In this document: piece by piece, positions 28,269 through 43,467 of the stretch
Layout of the letters: every line of letters starts with the position of its first letter
Numbering within the stretch: the first letter of the stretch is position 1
DNA from: Octopus vulgaris
Lineage: Eukaryota
Length of the DNA stretch: 64,000 nt
Direction of reading: 5' to 3'
Assembly (NCBI GenBank): GCA_951406725.2
Contig: OX597819.1
Span: 102,238,001-102,302,000 of the forward strand
Notes under the pieces: generated by a model
The model's input: only the letters and a program-made list of their open reading frames with translations
Databases searched by the model: none
What the model was told of the DNA's origin: nothing
Translations under genes and position numbers: made by a program

Positions 28269-28744
28269 AATATGTATTTACCTGTATTTTTCTCTCTATA
28301 GAAGTGTTTATGTCTGTCAGTCTGTCTGCTTTTAAATTGTCTGTCTTTCAGACGTTTACTAAGTCTATATGGACATCTACGGATTGTATACATGTGTGTG
28401 TGCGTGTGTGTGTGTGTGTGTATGTGTGCGTGCGTGCGTGTGTGTGTGTGTGCTTGCATATGTTTGTGAATGATCGCCAACATTTCGAATAAAAAAACAA
28501 AAAAATAGGTGAGTGAATGACTACCTGTGTACAACCATGAATGTGTGTGTGTGAGTATATACGCACAGAAAAGCACAGGTATACCTTCGTATTATATATA
28601 TATATACACACACATATATATATATATATGTGTGTGTGTGTATGTATGTGTATATAACTGTGTGCATTTATACATACATACATGTATATATATAGAATAT
28701 GTATGTTTGTGTTTGTGTGTGTGTGTGTGCATGTATATGTGTGT

Positions 28745-28955
28745 TTGTATCTGTGTCTGTGCCCCACCACCGCTTGACTACGGTGTTGGTGTGTTTACGA
28801 GCCCGTAAATTAGCGGTTCGGCAAAAGTGACTGATGGAATAAGTAAGAAGGTTTAACAAAAAAAAAAGAAAGAAGTACTAGGTGTCAATTCACTCGGCAA
28901 AAAATCCATCAAGGTAGTGCTGTAGCATGGCCACAGTCTAATAACTGAAACAAAA
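28745..28955 (+). mobile_element. 3' half of SINE family B
   Basis: cgcttgactacggtgttggtgtgtttacg...tagcggttcggcaaaag...gcatggccacagtctaataactgaaac. Confidence 0.8.
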
Positions 28956-29000
28956 AATATATATGTATATACGTCTATCTATCTAACTATCTATCTATGA

Positions 29001-29044
<44 letters not shown>

Positions 29045-29810
29045 GTGTGTGTGTGTGTGTGTGTGTACACACGGAGAAAGAGAAAGTGAGGAGGTGAGCG
29101 GGTAATATATTAGTACATCCATTTGAATAAGAGACGTCCTGAAATAAAAAAGGGTCAGAGTAGCTTTTTTCATTCATTCAGGCACGAATATACTTCATAC
29201 CTGATATAACTGAAGTGTCGACGTTTCTGACAATCACACACACACACAAATATACGTAAACTTGTGAATGTATACACGCCATGGCATGCTAAATAATATA
29301 TACGAAAAAAAGAAAATTCAGAAATGTATTTTCTGTCCCTGAATGCGTGTGAGTGAGTGTGTGTATCTAAGTAAGTATGTGTGTTCGTGTAAGTGTGTTT
29401 GTACATGAGTGTGTATGAGTTGCATTCGACATGTACCTCGGAGTAACAACACCTAAATTAGCTTCGACTAATAGATATAATAAATTTACTCTCTCTTATA
29501 AATTATATTCTCTGTACTCTGTCTGTAGTATGATTTTTGTTAGCTCAATTATTTGCAAGTACAGCAGCACTCTGAAATACATGCAAACATAACACATAAA
29601 CACACACAAATATATACATATGTATATACATAGAAAAACATAAACATATATATACATACGCACACATATATATATACATACACACACATATATATACATA
29701 CACATATATATACATAATTATATACATATATATACATACACATATTTATACATATATATGCATATATATATACATACATATATATATACATATATATGTA
29801 TATATACATG

Positions 29811-29841
<31 letters not shown>

Positions 29842-29864
29842 GAATATATATATATATACATATA

Positions 29865-29931
<67 letters not shown>

Positions 29932-30113
29932 TGTGCATATGTATATATGTGTGTGTATATATATATGTAAATATATATGTGTATATATATATACATAGAG
30001 AGAATGTGCATACGTAAATGAGTATGTATATAATTACTTTAACATGTGTCGGGAGTAAGTGTATTTAACACCAGAGCTGAGCGTCGTGCGTATATATATA
30101 TATATATATATAC

Positions 30114-30149
<36 letters not shown>

Positions 30150-30470
30150 CTGTGGTTGTGTGTGTAAGCGCGTGTGAGTTTGTGAGTATATGTGTACGAT
30201 CAAATACTGTGTATGTTTGTAAATATGTATATTATGAACATGAAAGGAAAAAAATGTATGTATATAATTATGCTGAAACTAGGTATATAATTATTTCTAT
30301 AGATACCGATATAGTTTGTAGAAAATATGACATATTTATTTCTAATGGGAACCACTTAATAACATCCGGCTGATTAACATAATTTTATTATTACTCTCTT
30401 TATTTCCATTATCATAAGGTTGTTTGTTATTGATGGTATTGTTGTTGATTTTATTGTTATGAAGGGAAAT

Positions 30471-30538
<68 letters not shown>

Positions 30539-30569
30539 TGTGTAATATATATATATATATATGTATATA

Positions 30570-30606
<37 letters not shown>

Positions 30607-31983
30607 TTATATATTTATGTATATATATATACATATATATACATAAATATATATATACATATATACACATACATACGTATACATACATACACATACATAC
30701 ATATACATACATATATAAATACACACATACATTTATGTATATAGGCAAAAAGACAGTCTTATACATATATACATCTATGTTCATATTACATACACGTACA
30801 GCATGTGTGTGTGTGTACGTAAGTATGTATCTACATAAACGCAAAGATGTGACATCCACTGCTCGGCTGATAATTTAAATTATTAATGGACATATTTTTT
30901 TAAAATATAATTACTATATGTTTCATATTCCATTCTTAGTCAAAACCTGTCATAGTGTTAATGAAGTCTTCCTAATTGTATTTCGATCATTTTATACAGA
31001 AGACGAAAAATTAAACTTCCGCAAAATACACCAAGGTATTTAGTAACGTCCCTTTAATTTTTTGTTGAAGTTCAAATCTCGCCAGGACCCAAATTATCCT
31101 ATTTGTGCCACTACACCCAATAATTCAATGAAGGAAAATATCAACAGGGGTCTATTGAAGCGTATTCATACAAATTGTGCCTAAATTTTGAACCCCTTCA
31201 ACCAGAAATCCGTATTGTTGTTTATTCATATTGTTCATAGATATTCTTGTTCTTGTTCTTGCTGTCGTGACTATTGATGATCGTGTTGTTTAGTAGCATA
31301 TGAGCCTGTTCGAAACTCCTTAACGGTCAAAGCCCTACAAGCCGTTATCCTCCTTTAGATTTTCAAACAAGAGCAATTCTAGAAATTAGCTATAGAAAAA
31401 ACAGTCTTTATTTCTGAAATTGTAGGAAATAATTTGAGTAGATTTTGCTACAATTTCTAGCAAGTTAAAAAGCAGCATAGTAAGTAGCTTATTCAGTCAC
31501 TTGTGTTTGATAATGCTGTTGCAGTTACAACTGTAATCCATATATAAAAATACTATTTTGTAAAATTAGTTATTTTATTAAAATTATAGTCAAATCTTGA
31601 AATTAACTATTTCAATATTTTGGCTATAATTTCCAACTAATCGAAATATATTTTAGCCACTTCTTAAGTCACTCAATTTTGTTGTTGTTGTTGTTGCTGT
31701 TGTTGTTGTTAGAATTATAATCATTATTAAAATTAAGTATCGTAAAGCATTACTCGCTTTCTTTATTATCTGATACAGGGTTAATTCCGAATGTCCAAAA
31801 CGAATATGTCTGTTTATACCTGTAAAATTACTATGGAGAGTATAGTGATCTTGTAAAATGTCTATGTTAAGCAAGGGCCGCCATCAAGATCACAATCATC
31901 TTGGTATTACTGTTATCGTGTTGTATCTTAATAACAACTACAACAATAATAATGTGTGTGTATTATATATACATATATGTATA

Positions 31984-32039
<56 letters not shown>

Positions 32040-32179
32040 TAGATAGATAGATAGGTAGATAGATAGATATAGGATATGGGTATGAATATAAGTATTTACA
32101 CATGTGTGCATATGTGTAGATATAAAATATGAGCTTAAGCACTGTATGGTATAAGCGCACACAATATACATAAATATAA

Positions 32180-32246
<67 letters not shown>

Positions 32247-32437
32247 CATGTGTATATATAAGTCAATAAATCTACAGAAGGCTCTATATATCTGTTTCGG
32301 ACATATATGCAGAACGACCTGTTTACATAACGACAAAATCATGTCAAGATATTTATATGCACACACACACATATATGGGTGTGTGTGTGTATATATATAT
32401 GTAGATAGATTGATATATGTGTATATATATAGAGAGA

Positions 32438-32492
<55 letters not shown>

Positions 32493-32611
32493 ATTTATAT
32501 ATATATATATAAATATATATATATATGTAGATAGATAGATAGATATTTGTGTATATATATAGAGATGTATATGTATATATATATATATATATATACACAT
32601 GTTTATTTATA

Positions 32612-32664
<53 letters not shown>

Positions 32665-33264
32665 AAAGAAAGATAGATAGATAGATTCATTCATGCGTAT
32701 TATGCACATAAACAAGTTAAGTTGATATGCATGTAGAAATGCATGTGCATATATATAAATAAATATATATACATATATATATATATATATGACTGTACGT
32801 ATGTATATATATATGTATGTATATATACTATAAATATATATGTCCGTGCGTATATGTATGTATATATGTGTATATGTATGTATATTCGGATATATTTGAA
32901 TGTTTAAATATGATCTGTAATGGATAGAATTATTACTTCTGTGCAGAAAAATTAAGGGAAAACACACAAAGTAGTTAGAGAGATGGGAATGGTATTTACT
33001 GATAAATATAAACGTATACGTATACGCAAATGCATGCCTATATATATCTTTCACATATATGCAAACATATATAGACACATCATACATACGTGTATGTTTC
33101 TTATTTGTGTGAGCATCCACTTTTCTTCTCGATCTCTTCCCCTTTCTATCACACACAAAAATACACGTGAATACGAATACTTCTTTTTTTTTTTTAATCT
33201 GTCAACTATCTACCACTCCTTTACATACACGTAGAAAACACTAAATCACAAACACGAGCAAACA

Positions 33265-33318
<54 letters not shown>

Positions 33319-33373
33319 GTGTGGGTGTGTGTCTTTGTAAATATAGATTCGTATGTAAATTTGGGTACATACA

Positions 33374-33407
<34 letters not shown>

Positions 33408-33630
33408 TGTGTGCGTGTGTATATGTATGTATGTATATACACGCATATATACTTATGCTTGTGAATATGTTTGTGTTTCTTCATAGAAATAAAAAATTGC
33501 ATTGCGTTGTTTTGTATGCTTGCGTATACAGAATAATACATGCAAAAAAAAATTCGGTTAAAATACATTTTTCTATTAATATCCATCTATCGCTCAAGTT
33601 TCTCTGATTTTTCTTATCTCTCTGTCTGTA

Positions 33631-33682
<52 letters not shown>

Positions 33683-34098
33683 CATCCATCCATCCATATA
33701 TCTATCTATCCATATATCTATCTATCTATCTATCTGTCTGTATATATGCATATATATATAGACACACACACATACATACATACATACATATATGCATGTT
33801 TGTATGTATTCCATCATACACACATGCATATATACAAGTGTGTTTATTAGAGAGAATATTCAACTGTACATTTAGCTGAGTGTGTGTATGTCTAAATATG
33901 TATATCAGTTTGTGAAAATCTGAAGTAGATATCCCAGTATGGTTGCATTAATAATGGTATGTAAGAAAGTGTATAATACATATGCATGTATATTATTACT
34001 TGAAGAGCAAATATAAAAGCCTAATTCATTTATTATGCACATACCTTCTGGATTCAGTCTCTGTTCACACACACACACATGCATATGTTGTATGTGTG

Positions 34099-34149
<51 letters not shown>

Positions 34150-34414
34150 ATAGATATATTACACACATACAGATGTGTGTGTGTGCATACACATATATAT
34201 ACACATACATACATATATACACCTCAGATGTACACACATATAAATGTATGTGTGTGTGTGTGTGTGTGTGTATGTACACATACACGTCAGAAATACCTAT
34301 ATAGATACATATATATGTGTATTAATAATTCTATATATACCACACATACATAAATGCATCCATATGTACTTCTCTGTTTGTCTATCTGTCTCTCTATCAT
34401 TCTTTCTGTCTATC

Positions 34415-34444
<30 letters not shown>

Positions 34445-34457
<13 letters not shown>

Positions 34458-34565
34458 ATGATGATGATATATATATATATATGATGATGATGATGATGAT
34501 GATATATATATATATGATGATGATGATGATGATATATATATATATATGATGATGATGATGATATA
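34445..34565. repeat. Compound (TA)n(TGA)n minisatellite, about 4 units
   Basis: Alternating atatatat and gatgatgat blocks. Confidence 0.85.
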
Positions 34566-35046
34566 TATATATACATATATATATATATGTGTGTGTATGT
34601 ATCTTATATATGCGTCTATATATATATATATACAACACATATTTGATTGAAATTTCCATAAATCATGGTTCCAATGAATCTTAAATTACTTGGGAAGATT
34701 TAGTAAGTTAGGATTTGTCTTGTGATAGTTTAGATTGGGCTCATATTTTCCCACACTCACGAAGACAGCGATGCATGTATGCATATTCATATACACTTAT
34801 ACAAAGACATGTCTAAGTAACTACATATAGTAAGTAACATTTCTTTATGCGTGTGATTGCGTGTATATAGAGCTATATGCCTATATGCATGATTCTTATT
34901 TATATATACATCCATATATTTGCATTGAACTCAATTATAAATATACATACACAATATATAAATATGTATATATATATATTTATATATATATGCAAGCATA
35001 TACTAGTGTGTATATAAAGTCACCCATATCTATCTATCTATACGTA

Positions 35047-35165
<119 letters not shown>

Positions 35166-36016
35166 TATATATATATATATATATATATATCATATGGGAA
35201 GCTAACTTTAAATTTTACAATCTAAAAGCAGAAATGCATAAGTCACTAAAGTGACTAATGGGATATCAATACTGGTACTTAGTTCTTTTAGACACACACA
35301 CATATATATATACACCACACATATGAGTACACACATATATATACATATATGAATACACATAGATATATACATATATATGTTTGTATGTATCTATATGTAC
35401 ATACATATATAATATATTATATTTATATAGTATTACATACATACATATACATATATGTGCGTGTGTGTAGGTAGAAAATAAATAGTATTTCTTCGTAAAA
35501 TAACAGGCATATTATGAGTAGAAGAATAATTATTTGCTGTACACAAAACGTCCTATAGATAAATATGAGGTGTTGCCTTTTGCAAACTTCCATCTCACAG
35601 ACAGCAAAAATATTTTCCAGATTTATTTGTTGTACTGTGCTTTTCCACTTTATACGTGTTTTTTAAATTCATATGTACTTATAAACGTATTGGTGTGAGT
35701 GCTTTGGATCATTGCAATGATGTGAATCACTATAAACTACTTTTTCTTTCTGTAACCCTTACTCAGCTGTAGTCACAAAATGTACGTCTTGGTAGCAACC
35801 CAGCTAAACGCTAACAGATCAACAAACAAACAACTCTCGTAATGAAATTGTTCGATCTTTCTTGGAGTCTTTTGTCTAAACAAGTGTAAAAGAGAAAATC
35901 ATAATTAAACAATTATAATGAGAACATAATCGGAATCAATTTATACGAAATCTAATTTCTAAAAATTTGTAATAATAATAATAATCTATAAATAAGGAGA
36001 ATCGATTATTATTATA

Positions 36017-36069
<53 letters not shown>

Positions 36070-37495
36070 TAATAATAATAACTATATAAACAAGGGAATC
36101 GATCAAAATCGATCAGAAAATACCTGTTTTTTTTTTATATTTTATTCTAAATATTTACTGTAAATCTACTCTGCTACAATCAATCAAACTACTACTATCA
36201 AAATTACTACTACTAGTACTACTACATGTTGCAATTGTTGTCTTTACTTGTTATTGTTGCTGTTGATGATGGTGATGATGATGATGATGATGATGATGGT
36301 GATGATGAAGGCAGTGATGGTGATGCTAACTTCACTAAACATCCCATCCTTACTCCGAAAATGTGTAAAATCAACACAAATCAGAAAAAAAATATTAAAA
36401 GTTGATGCATAGATTCAAGACAATGTATGTATACACACACACACACACACAAATACACGCACAAACAATGATTTATTTGATATATAATATACTTGTGCAT
36501 ATTCTTGTTTGTGTTTGAGTATCAGACACCATATACATACGTATATATAAATATTGTTGTCCCTAAAAGTTTATACATATGCAATACATAAAAAGTTTCG
36601 TGTATATGTACAAGCTAAAGCAAATACCTGTATAGATATATAATATATTATAGTTATATAGTATGTGTGTGCATGCATGAAATATATAAATGTATAAATA
36701 TATATATATATATATAATGTATATAATATATACATGATACGTATATATAAAATATATTATATATATATCATATATATATTATTATTATATATCGTATATA
36801 TACACGCAGCTCTATGTTTACATACTCGACGTGTGTGTCTACACATATATTTATACAAACACATACAAACACACAAGTATATATATGTATATATATATAC
36901 AAATACATATTAATGCACATACATATATATACATACACACATAGGTATATATACACATACACACATACAAATAGATATACATATAAATGTGTGTAAGTAT
37001 ATATATATATATATATGTGTGTGTGTAAATAGAAATATATATATACACATACATATATACGAACACGTGCCCCTCGTGTAAAAAAAGGAAATACTTAGAG
37101 AGGGCTGAACGGGAGGGAGAGAGAAAAATAGAGAGACTTTTCGAAGGAGAGAGACAGAAAAAACGAGGGAGACGGTGAAAAAGTTAGAAAGTAACAGAAA
37201 AAGTGAACGACGAAGGCAACAAACAACGAGAAAGAGAAAGAGGAAAAGAGAGAGGGGGAGGAGAGTGAGGGGGGAGGGGAGGAGCAGCAGGATGAGGAGA
37301 AGGAGGAGCAAGAAGAATAGAGAAAAAAAAATGCAAAATAAACAAATAAAATGAAAATGTAAAAATGGTACAAAAAATAAACAACAAAAAAACAATCAGC
37401 ATTAAAGAGTTCATTTTCGTAAACAGAAACGAGCGAAAGAAAGGCAAATAGGTATTCTAAATATATATAGATGTATAGAATAAAAGATGGCTTAC

Positions 37496-37565
37496 CGTTA
37501 TTATCAAGGAAAACATGATGTTCGTTTTCTATATGTTTCGGATGCGACTGCTTTCGACGTGACAT
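37496..37565 (-). CDS. First coding exon (70 nt, MSRRKQSHPKHIENEHHVFLDNN + 1 nt) of a zinc-finger transcriptional repressor with an N-terminal NuRD-binding motif (SALL/spalt-like favoured; BCL11, FOG/ZFPM or ZNF423/521 not excluded)
   Basis: The minus strand reads ATG TCA CGT CGA AAG CAG TCG CAT CCG AAA CAT ATA ... AAT AAC G|GTAAGC. MSRRKQxxPxH matches the motif of SALL4 (MSRRKQAKPQHI), BCL11A (MSRRKQGKPQHL) and FOG1 (MSRRKQSNPRQI). A short first coding exon ending in phase 1 is the architecture I recall for these families. Confidence 0.85.
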
Positions 37566-37689
37566 ACTGAATATTTGTAGACTCCCAAATGACAAAAGTT
37601 GGCGTTTTGCTATTTCTGATTTATATATGCGGCACCCTTGTGCGCATGTCAGAATTATGATTATGAATAACGTTCGTATATTATCATAA

Positions 37690-38054
37690 TCAATTTGCAA
37701 CAAGAAATTTGATTGGCTTTGATCCCGTTTGCCAATTAGCTGAGCAAATATTACGGGCAAGTGATGAGGGGGTACTATAACTGTTTGGTATTTCGGACAG
37801 GAGAACGATAAAAAGTTCCATGAAGGCGAAACATGATTGCGATTGTTTGCATTCGGCATATTGTAGAAAAATGCTTTTCTCTTCTCGTTTTGCTTTCGGG
37901 TTAACTTTTACAGCTTGCTGGTGGTGTTGGTGTTGGTGTTGGTGGTGGTGGTGGTCGTCGTTGCGATTGTACTGGTGGTGTTGTTTGTGTTGCTGGTGAT
38001 GTCTGGGCTGTTGTTTTTGTGGAAAGTGATGGTTGAACTGATGCTGTTGTTGTT

Positions 38055-38085
<31 letters not shown>

Positions 38086-38202
38086 GTGATGTCGATGCTG
38101 GTGTTGGTGTTGATGATGGTAATGTTGGTGTTGGTGGTGTTGGTGGTGGTGGTGTTGGTGATGCGTTGAGGCGAGGATTTTCTCGCTTACGTAACAGAAC
38201 AT
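37690..38202 (-). other. His/Gln-rich upstream ORF (170 aa) built on CAY/CAR trinucleotide repeats in the presumed 5' leader
   Basis: ATG at 38202-38200 and TGA at 37692-37690, ending about 125 nt before the MSRRKQ ATG. The imperfect (CAC/CAA/CAT)n tract spans about 37915-38165. Translation is unproven. Confidence 0.35.
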
Positions 38203-38336
38203 GGTTTAACAGCGGACAGAAGTGTTTGTAAGGGGGCAATATGTGAATACAAAAAGAGAAAAAAGTCACCGACAAAACGAGGAAAATATATATATATATA
38301 CCTACATATACCTATGCATAACATGCATGGTCGTCG

Positions 38337-38385
<49 letters not shown>

Positions 38386-39044
38386 CGACTGTTATGGAAG
38401 CTAGTACTTTAACGAGACGGGCTTTTCTCTCACTTTCTAAAAGTAGACTTTACACGGAAAAAAAAGGAGGTTATTTGTTGTTGATTTTTTCTCTTTTTTT
38501 TTTGCGATCACACGAGCACACCAACATTGCTACCACGAACGCAATTTTTCTTAGATTTTCTTCATCTTTCTTATTGACCATTCACATGTTTTTCAAGCAT
38601 TTTTTTCTTTTCTTTTTTTCAATATATATTTTACATTCCTTAATATTTTCCTGACTGACCACTGCAGAAAATAGATATATTTTCTTAATTTCATAAACAT
38701 ATATATATACAATTTTTTTCTTGAAAATTTTTTGCCAGTTTATATATATACATTTTTTTTTCTTATGAAACTAAATTCCACTTAGTTTTTCTTTTTTTCA
38801 TTTGTTTAAATGATTTTTTTTCAACACCGATTTTTATGTTTCTATCCATTTTTCAATTTTTTTCTACTTTTTTTTTCGATTTTTGTGTGCGATGTTTAAG
38901 AAATGTAGTGTTTTACGAATGTAGATTTGCGCATCATTATCGCCGTAACTTCTAAATTATTATAAGATATACGTACACACGTCTCTGAAACATACTTACG
39001 TATAATTATAGATCTTTACATATATATATATATTGTATATTATA

Positions 39045-39120
<76 letters not shown>

Positions 39121-39581
39121 AGCACTTTACCATATACACGCAGATACGCATGCACACATACAGAGAATAATATCAACTTTCACGAACTCATTATATAAAA
39201 ATAATTCTACACACCTTTGTGTATACACATAATAAACGTCTAGATATTGATTTCAATGCAAATGAGAAATGAATGTATCGGTCACACTCAAAATAGTTTC
39301 AACGTCTCTTTCGCCACCCTAGCATGGGTTAGACCCATACGCACAGATGCACACACGCATATACGTATATGCATATATACGTACATATATGTGTGTGTAT
39401 ATATATATATAGAGAGAGAGAGTGGGGGACAGAGACAGAGAAACTGATAGATGCACAGACAGTGAGATAGGTATTTACATTTAAAAGAAGTTTGTTAACG
39501 AACTCAATACTTGCATACTTGCGTGATTTTATTGCTTATTTAACAGAATAACAATTCATTTTAAATAAACAAAATCTACCG

Positions 39582-39646
<65 letters not shown>

Positions 39647-39802
39647 GTGTGTGTTTGCGTCTATTAATGTATTTATAGAATTTATGGACAGAACGATAAA
39701 AAAGTATCTGGTACTTTAAACGTCTTTAGATCTCACACACGTACACTCTGGCATACAGAGACGCATACACCTACTATTAGAAGTGCTAAGTTCGTATATA
39801 CA

Positions 39803-39848
<46 letters not shown>

Positions 39849-39865
39849 AGTGTGTATGTGTATGT

Positions 39866-39897
<32 letters not shown>

Positions 39898-40443
39898 CAC
39901 AGAGTATGTAGAACGCCTTAAAAATCCTCGTTCTATTTAATCGTCATTCACAAGTGACCAACACGACACAAGCCATGAGAATTTCAACAATAACAACAAC
40001 AATAACATCAACCCCACAAATCTCTCTCTGTGTCCTCCATTTAAATGTGCAACTTATTTCTCCATGGCTAGCTTTCATTTCTTCTTTTCTTCCGTCCTTT
40101 CTTCATTTTATTTTTGTATAGTGTTTTTTCTTCTTTGGATCAATTATTCTGTTTTTATTTTTTTAAATCCCCCCTCCGCCTCCTATCCCTGTCTCTGTCT
40201 GTCTCTGATCTCTCTCTTTCTCTCACTCTCTAATTCTCTCTCTCTCTCTCTCTCTCCCTCTCACACTTTGTTTCATATATTCCCTCTCTCTTCACTTCTT
40301 TCACATAGTTTTTTTTTACCTCATGCTCTCCCTTAGTCGTCTCCTCTTTTGTCTACTCTTTCTCCATTCCCCCTCTCTCTCACTTAATTTTCGCCTATGC
40401 TGTCTCTCTCTATTTACCCCTCTCTCTTAACCTCTATTTTCAG

Positions 40444-40475
<32 letters not shown>

Positions 40476-41225
40476 CTTGTTATATTTTCACATTTTTTTT
40501 CAATTACCAGGCTATGGCGGTGGTATTGGTAGCTACGACGAAGGAGGGAAGTTACGACTGCTATTTAAATTCTCTTCGACCTCTTCCTCCTCCCGCCACT
40601 ATTAATAGTACTACAACTACTACTACTTCACTTTCACCAGATCTCCCTCCCTCCCTCTTCATCATAGTTACCCCCCCCACTCATTCTCACCTCTCTTGCC
40701 CCGTTCTTACAAACTCGATTTATTTAACTCCTCCTTCTCTTTCTTCTTTCCCCTCCTTTTCCCCTCCCCCTCCATACTCTGCTTGCCTCATTCATCTATC
40801 TACTCCCCCACTTTCTCAAATACACGCACACACACACACATAAACATATACGTACATATATACATACACACGCACACACATATAAACATATACGTACATA
40901 TATATATATATATACACACATATAAACATACACATGCACACACACACATATATATATATACACACATACATGCACACGCACATATATGTATATCCACATT
41001 CACACATACAAGCATACATACATACAGACAGACACACACATACACACACGAATACGCGCGCACACACATATATATTTATATGGCCGTCACCAGCACTACT
41101 GTTGCCTGCTGCTAAACATTCTATCACCACTAAGCTCTCTACGCCCGCTCTCAGTTCATTCATTTCTACGCTTAATCTTTCTTTCTTTCGACCAGTCTTT
41201 CTATCTACATGTATATATTTCATAT

Positions 41226-41257
<32 letters not shown>

Positions 41258-41632
41258 CTTATTATAATATATATATATATATTAGCCTCTGTGTGTGTGT
41301 GTGTGTGATTTGTCCGTACGTATAATCTCACATTCTATCAATCACCTGCTGTCTTCATAACTACCTTACTCCTCCCTTTATCTCTCGACTCATTTATGTA
41401 TTTATATATCTAATTCTTTTATCTATATGTCTATCTATCTATCTATTTATCTATCTGTTTGCCTATCTATCTCTCTATCCGTCTATCTATTCCCCATAGT
41501 ATTCACAAAAAAACTTCTGTTTGAGTATCAATACACCTATATCTCTACTTCTTTACCTGTCTTATTTTTTAAATATATCTACACCTGTCTTTCAATGCTT
41601 TTCAGCATATCACCTAGCACACTATCTATCTA

Positions 41633-41675
<43 letters not shown>

Positions 41676-41688
41676 ATCTATCTATCTA

Positions 41689-41784
<96 letters not shown>

Positions 41785-41956
41785 TATATAAGTCCGTCTA
41801 TCTGTCTATTTATCTATCTATTTTCCATCTATCAATCTACCTATCTGTTTGTCCATCTACTTACCTACCGACCTGTCTATCTACCTCTGTCTGTCTATCT
41901 ATCTTCCTACCTACCGACCTCTTTATCTTTCTATCTACTATCTACCTCTCTGTCTG

Positions 41957-42004
<48 letters not shown>

Positions 42005-42320
42005 CAACCACATGTGAGCGCATATATCTGCGTGTGCGCGCGCGTGTGAGTATGGTGTGTGTGCATATCCGTTTTTTTCTTTTCGGGTATACTAAAACGA
42101 TTGAACATTAAACAAAAGAATGACTCAATACTTCACAAAAAAAATTACCAATATATTATACTTACATATAATACCTTTATAAAATGAGTTTTAAAAATAA
42201 CTATATATATGCATGCTTTTCTCTATACGCACACACATACGTACGTACATGCATACATACATAAATACTCACACACAGACATATATGCATATGTATGTAT
42301 ATATGTGAATATATATGTGT

Positions 42321-42402
<82 letters not shown>

Positions 42403-42419
42403 GATGATGATATCTATAT

Positions 42420-42469
<50 letters not shown>

Positions 42470-42521
42470 TATATACATATATACATGCACACACACACAC
42501 ACACATATATATTTATACATG

Positions 42522-42554
<33 letters not shown>

Positions 42555-42978
42555 TTATACACGCACACACACTTATATATATATATGAAATCTGGGAGAG
42601 TATAGAGGTAGCATATTTCCTAACAAGCACACAGCCCGAATACTGGTCTTTCAGCACTATCGGGATCCAGAACAATGCAGGAATTCTTCATTTATAGAAA
42701 ATCCTGGGTTCATAACGGTCAGCTCGTATCGTGGCCTTCGCGAAGAGTAAATCATAATCCAAATAATAAGAAAAGAAAAAAAAATATTTAATACGTCTTT
42801 AATGATTCGTTACAATCGTTTCTGTTTGTGCAGAAACAATTGCAACGAACCATTAAAAATGCGTTTCTTAAAGAATTTCTATATCTTCTTAATATTTGTA
42901 TCATGTATATATACATATAAGCATGTACGTATGTATATATATATATCTTGTCCCGCTTTGCGTTCTTGTCCCATTTTG

Positions 42979-43031
<53 letters not shown>

Positions 43032-43036
<5 letters not shown>

Positions 43037-43146
43037 CGTCACTGTCACTGACCAGGCTATCAGATGTTGCTACACATCGCTGGTCACTATGCGCTTCGCT
43101 TTGATTTGGCCTTCAAATAACGCCACCCCGCTGGCTTAGCGAGCAG

Positions 43147-43150
<4 letters not shown>
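43032..43150 (-). mobile_element. Probable 3' fragment of a retroposon inserted in a (TA)n tract
   Basis: A GC-rich ~120-bp island between pure (TA)n runs. The minus strand ends in a short gtgac repeat and resembles octopus SINE tails as I recall them. Confidence 0.5.
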
Positions 43151-43206
<56 letters not shown>

Positions 43207-43218
43207 AACACGTTAAAA

Positions 43219-43260
<42 letters not shown>

Positions 43261-43467
43261 AATATATATAAATATATTTATATATACATATCTATATATA
43301 TATATATACGTACACAAACACACACACACACACACATATATGTATATGATATATATCAACAAAAGTAATTATAAGGATTAGTACTAAGTGGTATATCATT
43401 AACTTTATTTCTTCTCATACAGATACAGCTTTAGCTAGATCTACACATTATTAATATATATATAATA

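Noticed and set aside
29100-29230. Minus-strand splice-like signals (tttttatttcag|, cag|gtatga)
   Set aside because: The implied intron is only 52 nt, the phase-1 frame from the strong acceptor stops quickly, and no downstream donor is present.
31193-31205. 13-nt match to part of miR-133 (CCCCUUCAACCAG)
   Set aside because: The seed and 3' end do not match and no precursor hairpin is evident.
37095-37495. C-terminal part of the 254-aa ORF 37095..37859
   Set aside because: It is read-through past the GTAAG donor into pyrimidine-rich intron sequence, giving a low-complexity F/L/S translation.
37901-38275. Pro/Thr-rich mucin-like ORF
   Set aside because: It starts at TTG, not ATG, and is an alternative frame of the same CAN trinucleotide tract.
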